Positions 1 to 6,447 of a stretch of DNA of 45,316 bases are shown here, piece after piece; positions within the stretch are counted from its first letter, which is position 1, and every line of letters starts with the position of its first letter. A model generated the notes under the pieces. That model searched no databases and was not told the origin of the DNA. It saw only the letters and a program-made list of their open reading frames with translations. A program made the position numbers and the translations under genes. The stretch spans positions 1-45,316 of the IMG/VR virus record IMGVR_UViG_3300045988_128825; one strand, 5' to 3'. Source of the DNA: a virus.

Positions 1-55
1 ACGCTGAGGTGTACGGCAACGCTAGGGTGTACGGCAACGCTGAGGTGTACGGCAA
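1..55. repeat. Terminal direct repeat: nt 1-55 identical to nt 45262-45316 (circular closure, assembler overlap or short DTR)
   Basis: Both ends read ACGCTGAGGTGTACGGCAACGCTAGGGTGTACGGCAACGCTGAGGTGTACGGCAA; the ORF running off the 3' end continues in frame at the 5' end. Confidence 0.95.
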
Positions 56-368
56 CGCTAGGGTGTGCGGCAACGCTGAGGTGTACGGCAACGCTAGGGT
101 GTACGACGACGCTGACTATTTATTGATCGGTCGCATTGGTAGTAGATTTAGTTTTACGACATTTTTCAAAAATAAAGACAAAGGTATAACAGTGTCTTGT
201 GGTTGTTTCTTAGGGACTATTGCCGAATTTAGAGCTAAGGTTACCGATACACATGGAAATAATAAGCACGCAAAAATGTATAACCTTGCTGCAGATATGG
301 CAGAACTACAGATTTTAGGCGAAGAACATTTTGACAAGCTGAACACTAATAAGTCAGAACCGTTTTGA
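1..368 (+). CDS. Hexapeptide-repeat (V-Y-G-N-A-x) beta-helix protein, C-terminal part of the gene that starts at 45096 and wraps the window ends
   Basis: Open frame from nt 3 (AEVYGNARVYGNAEVYGNARVCGNAEVYGNARVYDDADYLLIGRIGSRF...), stop TGA 366-368; 45096..45316 + 56..368 = 534 nt = 177 codons + stop. Confidence 0.75.
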   Translation, partial: AEVYGNARVYGNAEVYGNARVCGNAEVYGNARVYDDADYLLIGRIGSRFSFTTFFKNKDKGITVSCGCFLGTIAEFRAKVTDTHGNNKHAKMYNLAADMAELQILGEEHFDKLNTNKSEPF

Positions 369-377
369 GGTGAGATT

Positions 378-575
378 ATGAATTGCGATATATGCCATAA
401 GGATACAACGGCGGGTAGTCACGTAAACAGAGGTCGATATTTTGAGGTGCATATTTGCCCGAGCTGCTTGATGTGGTCAGATGATACACGGGCCGTGAAG
501 GCACGGGAGATATTTAATAACTTTAAGAATTTGAGACTTTTGGAAGATATTAGTATAAGTAGCGAGCAAGAGTGA
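378..575 (+). CDS. Small Zn-ribbon-like protein, function unknown
   Basis: 65 aa with CDIC...CPSC cysteine pairs; GAGGTGAG SD just upstream of ATG 378. Confidence 0.5.
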   Translation: MNCDICHKDTTAGSHVNRGRYFEVHICPSCLMWSDDTRAVKAREIFNNFKNLRLLEDISISSEQE

Positions 576-1117
576 GGACAATGAAAATGTTATCGCTATT
601 TAGCGGGGTAGGTATGATTGACCTTGCTGCCAGCTGGGCGGGAATAGAAACAGTGGCTTTTTGTGAAATCGAGGAATACCCGCAAAAAATATTGCAAAGG
701 AGGTTTCCGGGTGTCCCAATTTACAGAGATATCAGAGAACTCACGGCAGAAAAACTTAAAGCCGATGGAATATCCAAGATCGATATTATCAGTGGAGGAT
801 TTCCCTGCCAAGACGTTAGCACAGCAGGTAAAAGAACTGGTTTCGTTGATAGTGAAGGGAACGTTACCCGCTCCGGTCTTTGGGGAGAGTATGCCCGGCT
901 TATTTGCGAGCTTAAACCAAGATGGGTTGTGGCTGAAAACGTGGCAGGGTTACTGTCAATCTCTGCTGCCGGGATTCGTGGAGGAGGATTCGGAACTGTA
1001 CTCCGAGACCTGGACGAAATGGGGTATCGTGTTGGATGGTCATGCTATGGAGCTTCCGATGTTGGAGCGCCACATAAACGAGAGCGAGTGTTTATTGTGG
1101 CATACTTCGGACTGTAG
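572..1117 (+). CDS. DNA (cytosine-5)-methyltransferase, N-terminal catalytic half (motifs I-VIII)
   Basis: LFSGVG (motif I), GGFPCQDVS (motif IV), AENV (motif VI), HKRERVFIV (motif VIII); frame stops at TAG 1115-1117 right after motif VIII; true start probably ATG 581 or 587. Confidence 0.85.
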   Translation: MRTMKMLSLFSGVGMIDLAASWAGIETVAFCEIEEYPQKILQRRFPGVPIYRDIRELTAEKLKADGISKIDIISGGFPCQDVSTAGKRTGFVDSEGNVTRSGLWGEYARLICELKPRWVVAENVAGLLSISAAGIRGGGFGTVLRDLDEMGYRVGWSCYGASDVGAPHKRERVFIVAYFGL

Positions 1118-1664
1118 CGATCGACGCAGTCCTAAAAGCAAACAGCAAGGAGTAAATAATCAGGTAAAGGCATATTGGCGAACTCCGCAGTCGCATAATG
1201 GTGCACAAGGGCCTAAATCTAAGATGTTTTATGAAAAGTGTTTAAAAACTGGTCAGTCAGCAATAACACTCGTAGACCAAGTGAAAAACTGGCCAACACC
1301 TGCCGCTAGAGATAGTAAAGGAAGTAATTCTGCAAAACATTTATCAACGGGACATCATATAAATCAGTTGGCAAACAAGGTGAAACTGAATAAAACAGAA
1401 GGACAATTAAATGCCGATTGGGTTGAGCTACTAATGGGATTGCCTATAGGCTGGACTGACATCAATGTAGCAAAAGAGGATATTGAAAGTTGGCAGGGCT
1501 GGCCTGCTGCAATAAATGTAGAGCAATACGCATATGAACCGCCAAGAGTAATAGTTGGGCAAAAAAACAGGGCGAAACGACTAAAGGCGTTAGGTAATGG
1601 TTGTGTGCCGCAGCAGGTATATCTTGTGTTGGCGGCAATTGTGGAGGTAGAAAATGAAGCGTGA
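1095..1664 (+). CDS. DNA (cytosine-5)-methyltransferase, C-terminal half (target-recognition region + motifs IX-X) in the +1 frame
   Basis: WPTPAARDSKG, ELLMGLPIGWT and GNGCVPQQV (motif X) in frame 0; only TTG 1095 / ATG 1224 available as independent starts, neither with a good SD. Confidence 0.7.
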   Translation: MWHTSDCSDRRSPKSKQQGVNNQVKAYWRTPQSHNGAQGPKSKMFYEKCLKTGQSAITLVDQVKNWPTPAARDSKGSNSAKHLSTGHHINQLANKVKLNKTEGQLNADWVELLMGLPIGWTDINVAKEDIESWQGWPAAINVEQYAYEPPRVIVGQKNRAKRLKALGNGCVPQQVYLVLAAIVEVENEA

Positions 1665-1764
1665 AGCAGTATACACATTATTATTTATCTTTGCTGCAGG
1701 TTTCCTATGGCAGCTCGGTTGTGCTTTAGCTGAGGTTTTTGTAGAGTGGCAGATCTGGAGATAA
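1654..1764 (+). CDS. Possible 36-aa single-TM peptide
   Basis: ATG 1654 overlapping the methyltransferase stop; MKREAVYTLLFIFAAGFLWQLGCALAEVFVEWQIWR. Confidence 0.3.
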   Translation: MKREAVYTLLFIFAAGFLWQLGCALAEVFVEWQIWR

Positions 1765-1767
1765 GTT

Positions 1768-1853
1768 AAAACGGCCGCGCATACTAACTATATACAAGCA
1801 TAAAGGGAAGTATACCCCTGCGGAGGTGATTAGCCCGTAGGGGGCGGCCTTTT
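1768..1853 (+). terminator. Nested stem-loop ending in TTTT (possible terminator/attenuator between methyltransferase and rusA)
   Basis: Outer stem AAAA(C)GGCCGC 1768-1778 / GCGGCCTTTT 1844-1853 encloses inner hairpin CCCCTGCGG 1815-1823 / CCGTAGGGG 1835-1843. Confidence 0.35.
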
Positions 1854-1865
1854 AAATATAAGGAG

Positions 1866-2300
1866 TTGAAAATATTGACTGAGTTACTGATAACGATACC
1901 GGGAGAACCGTGCGCACAAGGTAGACCGAGGTTTAGTACAGCAGGAGGCTTTGTTAAAGCATATGATCCGGCAAAAAGCAGGAACTACAAAGCATATGTA
2001 AAGCTTATTGCGCAGGAAGAAATAAAAAACCAAGGCTGGAAATACACAGAATTGCCCTTAGCGGTCACGATAACAGCTTACATGAGTATTCCGACAAGCA
2101 AGTCTAAAAAGTTTAAACAGGAGGCTATTTTAGGCGGAGAGCGTCCCGCAAAGAAGCCTGACACCGATAATATATTCAAGTGTATTACAGACGCCCTTAG
2201 TGGTATAGCGTACAAAGACGATAAGCAGATAGTAGCTGCTACAGTTAATAAGTGGTATGCAGAAGTACCGAGAGTTGAAGCATTGATAAGAATTATTTAG
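1866..2300 (+). CDS. rusA: RusA-family Holliday junction resolvase
   Basis: 144 aa; GEPCAQGRPRF N-terminus and KKPDTDNIFKCITDAL acidic motif typical of RusA; TTG start after AAGGAG. Confidence 0.9.
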   Translation: MKILTELLITIPGEPCAQGRPRFSTAGGFVKAYDPAKSRNYKAYVKLIAQEEIKNQGWKYTELPLAVTITAYMSIPTSKSKKFKQEAILGGERPAKKPDTDNIFKCITDALSGIAYKDDKQIVAATVNKWYAEVPRVEALIRII

Positions 2301-2304
2301 GACG

Positions 2305-2496
2305 GTGCTGTTAATGGTTAATGTAAAAGTAATGCTAAATTTAATAAAAGATGAGCCAGAAGATGCTTATATACCAATAGTTAAGCCAGAGCTGGTGGCT
2401 CTGCTTAAAGAAGTGAAAATGCTGCGGTATAAAAATAGCAAACTCGGCAGTCAAAAGGCGAAGCTGAAAAGAGAGAGGAAAAGGGAGAATAAATAG
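2305..2496 (+). CDS. Hypothetical protein with basic C-terminus
   Basis: 63-aa ORF in gene-dense early region; ...KAKLKRERKRENK tail. Confidence 0.4.
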   Translation: MLLMVNVKVMLNLIKDEPEDAYIPIVKPELVALLKEVKMLRYKNSKLGSQKAKLKRERKRENK

Positions 2497-2497
2497 C

Positions 2498-2698
2498 ATG
2501 GATTTTATTTATTTACTAATGAATTGTGCCGTTACAGCATTTATTATTGTGGCTATAGCGTCGGCTTTTTGGTTTATATTGGTACTTCTGACTGACAGCA
2601 GTGACAGACATAGTAATTTATATGTCATTACTTGCACTACAGGGGCTGTAACACTTATGTTATTTGGAATAGCATTGCTCACAGGAGGGTTGAAATGA
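2498..2698 (+). CDS. Small membrane protein (two hydrophobic segments)
   Basis: 66 aa, AVTAFIIVAIASAFWFILVLL and GAVTLMLFGIALLTGG. Confidence 0.5.
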   Translation: MDFIYLLMNCAVTAFIIVAIASAFWFILVLLTDSSDRHSNLYVITCTTGAVTLMLFGIALLTGGLK

Positions 2699-2820
2699 CT
2701 AACTACGAAAGAATTAAAGCTATGAGCCTTGAAGAAATGGCAGCATTTGTTGAGGCAGCAGGCAGAAATACGTGTCATAAAATATGTGTTTACAGACAAG
2801 GGGGCATGAAAAATGTATGA
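2695..2820 (+). CDS. Small hypothetical protein (MTNYERIKAMSLEEMAAFV...)
   Basis: ATG 2695 overlaps the previous stop (ATGA); the upstream part of track ORF 2632..2820 overlaps the preceding gene. Confidence 0.45.
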   Translation: MTNYERIKAMSLEEMAAFVEAAGRNTCHKICVYRQGGMKNV

Positions 2821-2908
2821 AATAGGACCGAATTTATCAATGGTATTAATGGCTATATTGACCGTAGTTTTTATAGCTGTTTTTGGATATTTTGGCACAA
2901 GAAGGTGA
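2813..2908 (+). CDS. Possible 31-aa single-TM peptide
   Basis: MYEIGPNLSMVLMAILTVVFIAVFGYFGTRR; contiguous with flanking genes. Confidence 0.3.
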   Translation: MYEIGPNLSMVLMAILTVVFIAVFGYFGTRR

Positions 2909-2914
2909 AGAAAA

Positions 2915-3115
2915 ATGACTAAATTAAAACCTTGTCCGTTCTGTGGTGGGGAAGCGTTATTAAATGAATTCCCTGTGCGAAAAGGATATGAAGCAAGTAT
3001 CCAGTGTGATGGTGGCGGTTATTGTTTTGCGCTAATGACAACTATTACATATGATTTCCCAGATCAAGCACGAGAAGCCGTTATAGCAGCATGGAACAGA
3101 CGGGACGGTGAATAA
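2915..3115 (+). CDS. lar: Lar-family restriction alleviation protein
   Basis: 66 aa; KPCPFCGG...C...C... and C-terminal AAWNRR match the Lar-family pattern. Confidence 0.75.
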   Translation: MTKLKPCPFCGGEALLNEFPVRKGYEASIQCDGGGYCFALMTTITYDFPDQAREAVIAAWNRRDGE

Positions 3116-3117
3116 AA

Positions 3118-3258
3118 ATGGAAGAAGAACAATGCCCTTGTGATGATTGTGACACTACCTGTGATTACTGGGACAGTAAATTCTGCTGTACATATTGTCG
3201 TTGGCAGTATGGAGACATTGAACCTGACTGTGAGAATTGTGACCCGATGGATATTTGA
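3118..3258 (+). CDS. 46-aa cysteine-rich mini-protein (9 Cys)
   Basis: MEEEQCPCDDCDTTCDYWDSKFCCTYCRWQYGDIEPDCENCDPMDI; starts 3 nt after lar stop. Confidence 0.45.
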   Translation: MEEEQCPCDDCDTTCDYWDSKFCCTYCRWQYGDIEPDCENCDPMDI

Positions 3259-3276
3259 GAGGACGGTGAATAGATT

Positions 3277-3456
3277 ATGAAAACAGTAATAGCAACAGTT
3301 ATTGAAACAAATGAGTATGAGATCAAACTAGACGTAGAAAATGACGCTACAGAGGATGAAATTAAGGATGTTATAGAAGAAGCATACATGGATGATGATC
3401 ATAATATGGACATAGTTAATAATACTTATGATATAAAAATAAAAAATAGTAGGTGA
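3277..3456 (+). CDS. 59-aa acidic hypothetical protein
   Basis: MKTVIATVIETNEYEIKLDVENDATEDEIKDVIEEAYMDDDHNMD...; fills the gap between neighbours on the + strand (track shows only antisense ORFs here). Confidence 0.45.
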   Translation: MKTVIATVIETNEYEIKLDVENDATEDEIKDVIEEAYMDDDHNMDIVNNTYDIKIKNSR

Positions 3457-3463
3457 ATAGATA

Positions 3464-3763
3464 ATGAGATTAATAGATGCGGATGCGGCAAAAGTGGAAT
3501 TATTAAGAATGGTTGGAGATATACACGGTTGGGGTGAGTTTTTCGACGGCATTAGAAGTGGTTATCAAAGTGCTGCTGATAGGCTTGATACAATGCCTAC
3601 AGTAGAAGAGCGTAAGCATGGGCATTGGGAAGGGGGCGGTGCTTACTACTGTTCTAATTGCAACGCATATGCCGCAACAGATGTATTTGGCGGCGGGTTG
3701 GATATTACTGAACAGCATTATTGCTATAACTGCGGGGCTATTATGGACGGTGACGAAGAATGA
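3464..3763 (+). CDS. Zn-ribbon protein, paralog 1 of a tandem pair
   Basis: MRLIDADA...VEERKHGHW...CSNC...CYNCGAIMDGDEE; shares N-terminus, EERKHGHW core and CxxCGAIMDG C-terminus with 3760..4047. Confidence 0.6.
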   Translation: MRLIDADAAKVELLRMVGDIHGWGEFFDGIRSGYQSAADRLDTMPTVEERKHGHWEGGGAYYCSNCNAYAATDVFGGGLDITEQHYCYNCGAIMDGDEE

Positions 3764-4047
3764 GACTAATAAACTTAGACGCACTCAATAAATATCCAAT
3801 ACGCCGACATCGTTGCGACAAGAAAAACGCTAATCCCCATTTTATCAACGGCATTGAAAGCGTACTTGAATATGCGAACGAACTGCCAGTAGTAGAAGAA
3901 CGCAAACATGGACACTGGAGAATTGAACCTTATTTGCTTGAGAAAACTGGTTGTTGCAGTATATGCGGGGAACAGATCCGTATGCCACACGAAATATACA
4001 AATACTGCCCTTACTGCGGGGCTATTATGGACGGTGAACCCGAATGA
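3760..4047 (+). CDS. Zn-ribbon protein, paralog 2 of a tandem pair
   Basis: MRLINLDA...VEERKHGHW...CSIC...CPYCGAIMDGEPE; ATGA overlap with paralog 1. Confidence 0.6.
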   Translation: MRLINLDALNKYPIRRHRCDKKNANPHFINGIESVLEYANELPVVEERKHGHWRIEPYLLEKTGCCSICGEQIRMPHEIYKYCPYCGAIMDGEPE

Positions 4048-4082
4048 ACATACTAAAGTTAGGATGATTAAGGAGTGAAGAC

Positions 4083-4220
4083 ATGAATTATCCTGATCTA
4101 ATAAAATGGATATTTGAATTTGTATATGAACATTGGATGTTAACGTTTTTGTTTATATTAGCTTTAAGAAGGTTTAGTATTTTTACAATAAATCTATCGA
4201 ACTTTATAAAGAAAAGCTAG
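4083..4220 (+). CDS. Possible 45-aa membrane peptide
   Basis: MNYPDLIKWIFEFVYEHWMLTFLFILALRRF...; GGAGTGAAG upstream. Confidence 0.35.
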   Translation: MNYPDLIKWIFEFVYEHWMLTFLFILALRRFSIFTINLSNFIKKS

Positions 4221-4232
4221 AAGGAGACTGAT

Positions 4233-4715
4233 ATGCTAATAGAACTGTTACGAAAGCATACAGAGTGGTATTTTTTGAATAGGAAATATATTCAGAAAGC
4301 TGTTGATGATGAAAGAGAGCAGCGTACTGCAAAGAAAGGGCATACTGGGGGTGGAGGTCATGCTTTTATCAGTAATCCAACAGAAACATCTGCACTAAAG
4401 AATATTGAACCGATCAAGATGATTTCGTGGGGACAAGCCCCTTATCAAACTATAGTAATAAATCCTGAAGCATGGCTTGAAGTAGTAGCTGAGACGTATA
4501 AGGTTCATGAGAAACAAGCAGCAGGAGATGCTATGTTCCAGCGTTATGAATATAATAAGTCGCCAGGAGTAATTGCTGGACTAAAAGGTATGAATAGAGA
4601 TACTTACTACGAGCTTCGCGAAGAGTTTTTAAACGATGCTGTCGTTTTAGCACTCGAAAAAAATTTATTGAGAATTAAAAATGTATCCGACAAATTACCT
4701 GTTCTGATGAGTTAA
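4233..4715 (+). CDS. RinA/ArpU-like late-gene transcriptional activator (putative)
   Basis: 160 aa; GGGGHAFISNPTETSA segment and C-terminal HTH-like MNRDTYYELREEFLNDAVVLAL resemble RinA/ArpU family; last regulator before the packaging genes. Confidence 0.55.
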   Translation: MLIELLRKHTEWYFLNRKYIQKAVDDEREQRTAKKGHTGGGGHAFISNPTETSALKNIEPIKMISWGQAPYQTIVINPEAWLEVVAETYKVHEKQAAGDAMFQRYEYNKSPGVIAGLKGMNRDTYYELREEFLNDAVVLALEKNLLRIKNVSDKLPVLMS

Positions 4716-4723
4716 AATAGTAT
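4673..4723 (+). promoter_or_regulatory. Late-promoter-like bipartite motif, copy A (AATTAAAAATGTATCCGACAAA-N12-ATGAGTTAAAATAGTAT)
   Basis: Both boxes identical to 30879..30929 with an unrelated spacer; TAAAAT/TAGTAT -10-like element; overlaps the last codons and stop of the RinA-like gene. Confidence 0.55.
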
Positions 4724-4940
4724 TATAAGTAAGTAGGCTTACAACAAGCTTGGGTTTGAGAGTAATGTAATCTTCAATGGTACTCAAACGCGGCTTGCAG
4801 CAGTCGCACTGATAGTGTATAAAATGTCGCAAGGAAACCCAGTAACGGGATGCTTGCAAAGGTGAAACGTTCAAGCTTAGCGCTTGGACACTGCCCTGCC
4901 GTTGGGGTGATACAGCGGCATATTTAATTGAGGTACGAAC

Positions 4941-5099
4941 ATGTTAAAGCGAACGCTAATGTTTTTAGTAGCCCTAACCTTGATAGAGGGATATTGGAAG
5001 GCTGTAGAAAGAGCTATAGACGGCTATGTAACAACACGACCAGTTGATCTTGTTATAGGCGTAACATGGGCAGCAAGCGTGGTGTGGTGTAGTAAATAA
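4941..5099 (+). CDS. Possible 52-aa membrane protein
   Basis: MLKRTLMFLVALTLIEGYWKAVERAIDGYV...; GAGGTA upstream of ATG. Confidence 0.35.
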   Translation: MLKRTLMFLVALTLIEGYWKAVERAIDGYVTTRPVDLVIGVTWAASVVWCSK

Positions 5100-5118
5100 T
5101 ATTGGAGAGTGCTTAAAA

Positions 5119-5418
5119 ATGAAATATAAAAAGAAACCAGTATCTGTAGAAGCATTTCAATTTGATGGTGATTTAAAAGAAAGCGATGGCAAATATTATG
5201 TGCCAGAGTGGGCGGTAAAAGCATTTGAAGAAGGAATTTTGTACTTTGATGCCTTAACTCCAGATACTCCACCTATTGAATTGTTTATTAGAACTCTTGA
5301 AGGTACGATGCATGCGCCAGTCGGAAGTTATGTTATACAAGGAGTACGTGGAGAAATTTACTGCTGTAAAGAAGATATCTTCCTTGAAACTTATGAGCCT
5401 GTCTTGGAGAGTGATTAA
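5119..5418 (+). CDS. Conserved-looking hypothetical phage protein
   Basis: 99 aa, KPVSVEAFQFDGD...GSYVIQGVRGEIYCCKEDIFLETYEPV; no function assignable. Confidence 0.6.
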   Translation: MKYKKKPVSVEAFQFDGDLKESDGKYYVPEWAVKAFEEGILYFDALTPDTPPIELFIRTLEGTMHAPVGSYVIQGVRGEIYCCKEDIFLETYEPVLESD

Positions 5419-5592
5419 ATGTTAGTAAAAGAACTAATAGAAAAGCTCAAGGAAATGCCTCAAGATGCACTGATAGTAGTACCTGGCGATGGTGATTTTG
5501 CCGTTGCCGAGTGGGTAGAATTAGAAAAGGAAGAGAGCGCGGATCGCTTTATAGAAGATGCAAATCAAACTTCAGTGGTATCGATAACTTAA
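5419..5592 (+). CDS. 57-aa hypothetical protein
   Basis: MLVKELIEKLKEMPQDALIVVPGDGDFAVAEWVELEKEE...; ATG directly follows the previous stop. Confidence 0.45.
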   Translation: MLVKELIEKLKEMPQDALIVVPGDGDFAVAEWVELEKEESADRFIEDANQTSVVSIT

Positions 5593-5687
5593 TAATAGCC
5601 ACTTAACTTACACAAATAATTTAGTCTTAAAAAGCCGATAAAACACGGTAATATATATCAGAATTTAGCATATAACTTAATATAAAG

Positions 5688-5719
5688 GCACTTAACTTCG
5701 GTTAGGTGCTTTTTTATTT
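5688..5719 (+). terminator. Intrinsic terminator T1 (TTCG loop, T-run), homologous to 30957..30987
   Basis: GCACTTAAC-TTCG-GTTAGGTGC followed by TTTTTTATTTG then AAGGTGG SD of the next gene. Confidence 0.7.
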
Positions 5720-5735
5720 GCAAGGTGGTGATGGA

Positions 5736-6035
5736 ATGAAGATGAACCTAACTAGCAAGATCAGGAAGATAATAAAAGCTTTAGAAATGAAAGGCTTTAT
5801 ATACCTCTATTCAAGGGAGCAAGTATATAGCCAGAAGCTATCTAAGGTATGTACTATGTACAGAATAGATTACCTCATGCCATGGGGAGAATACAAAAAG
5901 AAATTCCCAGACAAGGCAGAGCGAAAAAAGAATAAGGGTGTAAGCGTTAGGGTAGAAATGGCTCGGTCATTTAGAGAAATAGCTATTCTGTATTATTTGG
6001 TGAATGTATTAAAGGCAGGTGATAGTAGTGGATGA
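5736..6035 (+). CDS. Hypothetical protein preceding terminase small subunit
   Basis: ATG 5736 after AAGGTGGTGA; 99 aa, basic (KKKFPDKAERKKNKG). Confidence 0.5.
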   Translation: MKMNLTSKIRKIIKALEMKGFIYLYSREQVYSQKLSKVCTMYRIDYLMPWGEYKKKFPDKAERKKNKGVSVRVEMARSFREIAILYYLVNVLKAGDSSG

Positions 6036-6447
6036 GATCAGCCAAGCACAGAAGAATTTTGTTGATTACTTTATAGAGAGTGGGAATCAAACAGAAGCCT
6101 ATAAAAAGGCTTATCCAAAGTGTAAGAATGATAATTCAGCGGCAGCTAGTGCTAGTAAATTGCTAAGAAATAACAAGGTAAAGCAATATTTAGATGCACG
6201 AATGGCAGCAGTTGATAGTGATAAGATTGCTACAGCTGAAGATGTTCTTGAATATTTAACAAGAGTAATGCGTGGAGAAGAAAATGACCAGTTTGGATTA
6301 GATGCTAGCTTGAGTGACAGGACTAAGGCAGCAGAATTATTGGGTAAGCGATATATGCTGTTTAAAGAACAACTAGATGTAAATCTTGAAGGCGATATTG
6401 CTGGTTTAATTGCTAGCCGTCGCAAGAAGGGGGATAGCGATGTCTAG
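6019..6447 (+). CDS. terS: Terminase small subunit
   Basis: 142 aa; N-terminal QAQKNFVDYFIESGNQTEAYKKAYP and KAAELLGK resemble P27/Terminase_2-type TerS; immediately precedes TerL. Confidence 0.8.
   Translation: MIVVDEISQAQKNFVDYFIESGNQTEAYKKAYPKCKNDNSAAASASKLLRNNKVKQYLDARMAAVDSDKIATAEDVLEYLTRVMRGEENDQFGLDASLSDRTKAAELLGKRYMLFKEQLDVNLEGDIAGLIASRRKKGDSDV

Noticed and set aside
9-116. 18-nt repeats (and the 12-nt repeats at 43996-44079) as a CRISPR array
   Set aside because: The units are contiguous with no spacers, are much shorter than CRISPR repeats, and lie in frame inside coding sequence.
663-1094. Upstream 430 nt of the 333-aa track ORF 663..1664 as a separate or longer gene
   Set aside because: This part overlaps the methyltransferase N-terminal half out of frame. 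Its translation (MKSRNTRKKYCKGGFRVSQF...) carries no methyltransferase motifs. Only the part after about 1095 is meaningful.
4724-4940. tRNA or other structured RNA gene in the 217-nt non-coding stretch after the RinA-like gene
   Set aside because: Only short hairpins are present (for example GTTTGAG/CTCAAAC and TGCCG/CGGCA). I could find no cloverleaf, T-arm GTTCGA-type box or anticodon stem. It is more likely the late leader or a packaging-site region. This remains unresolved.
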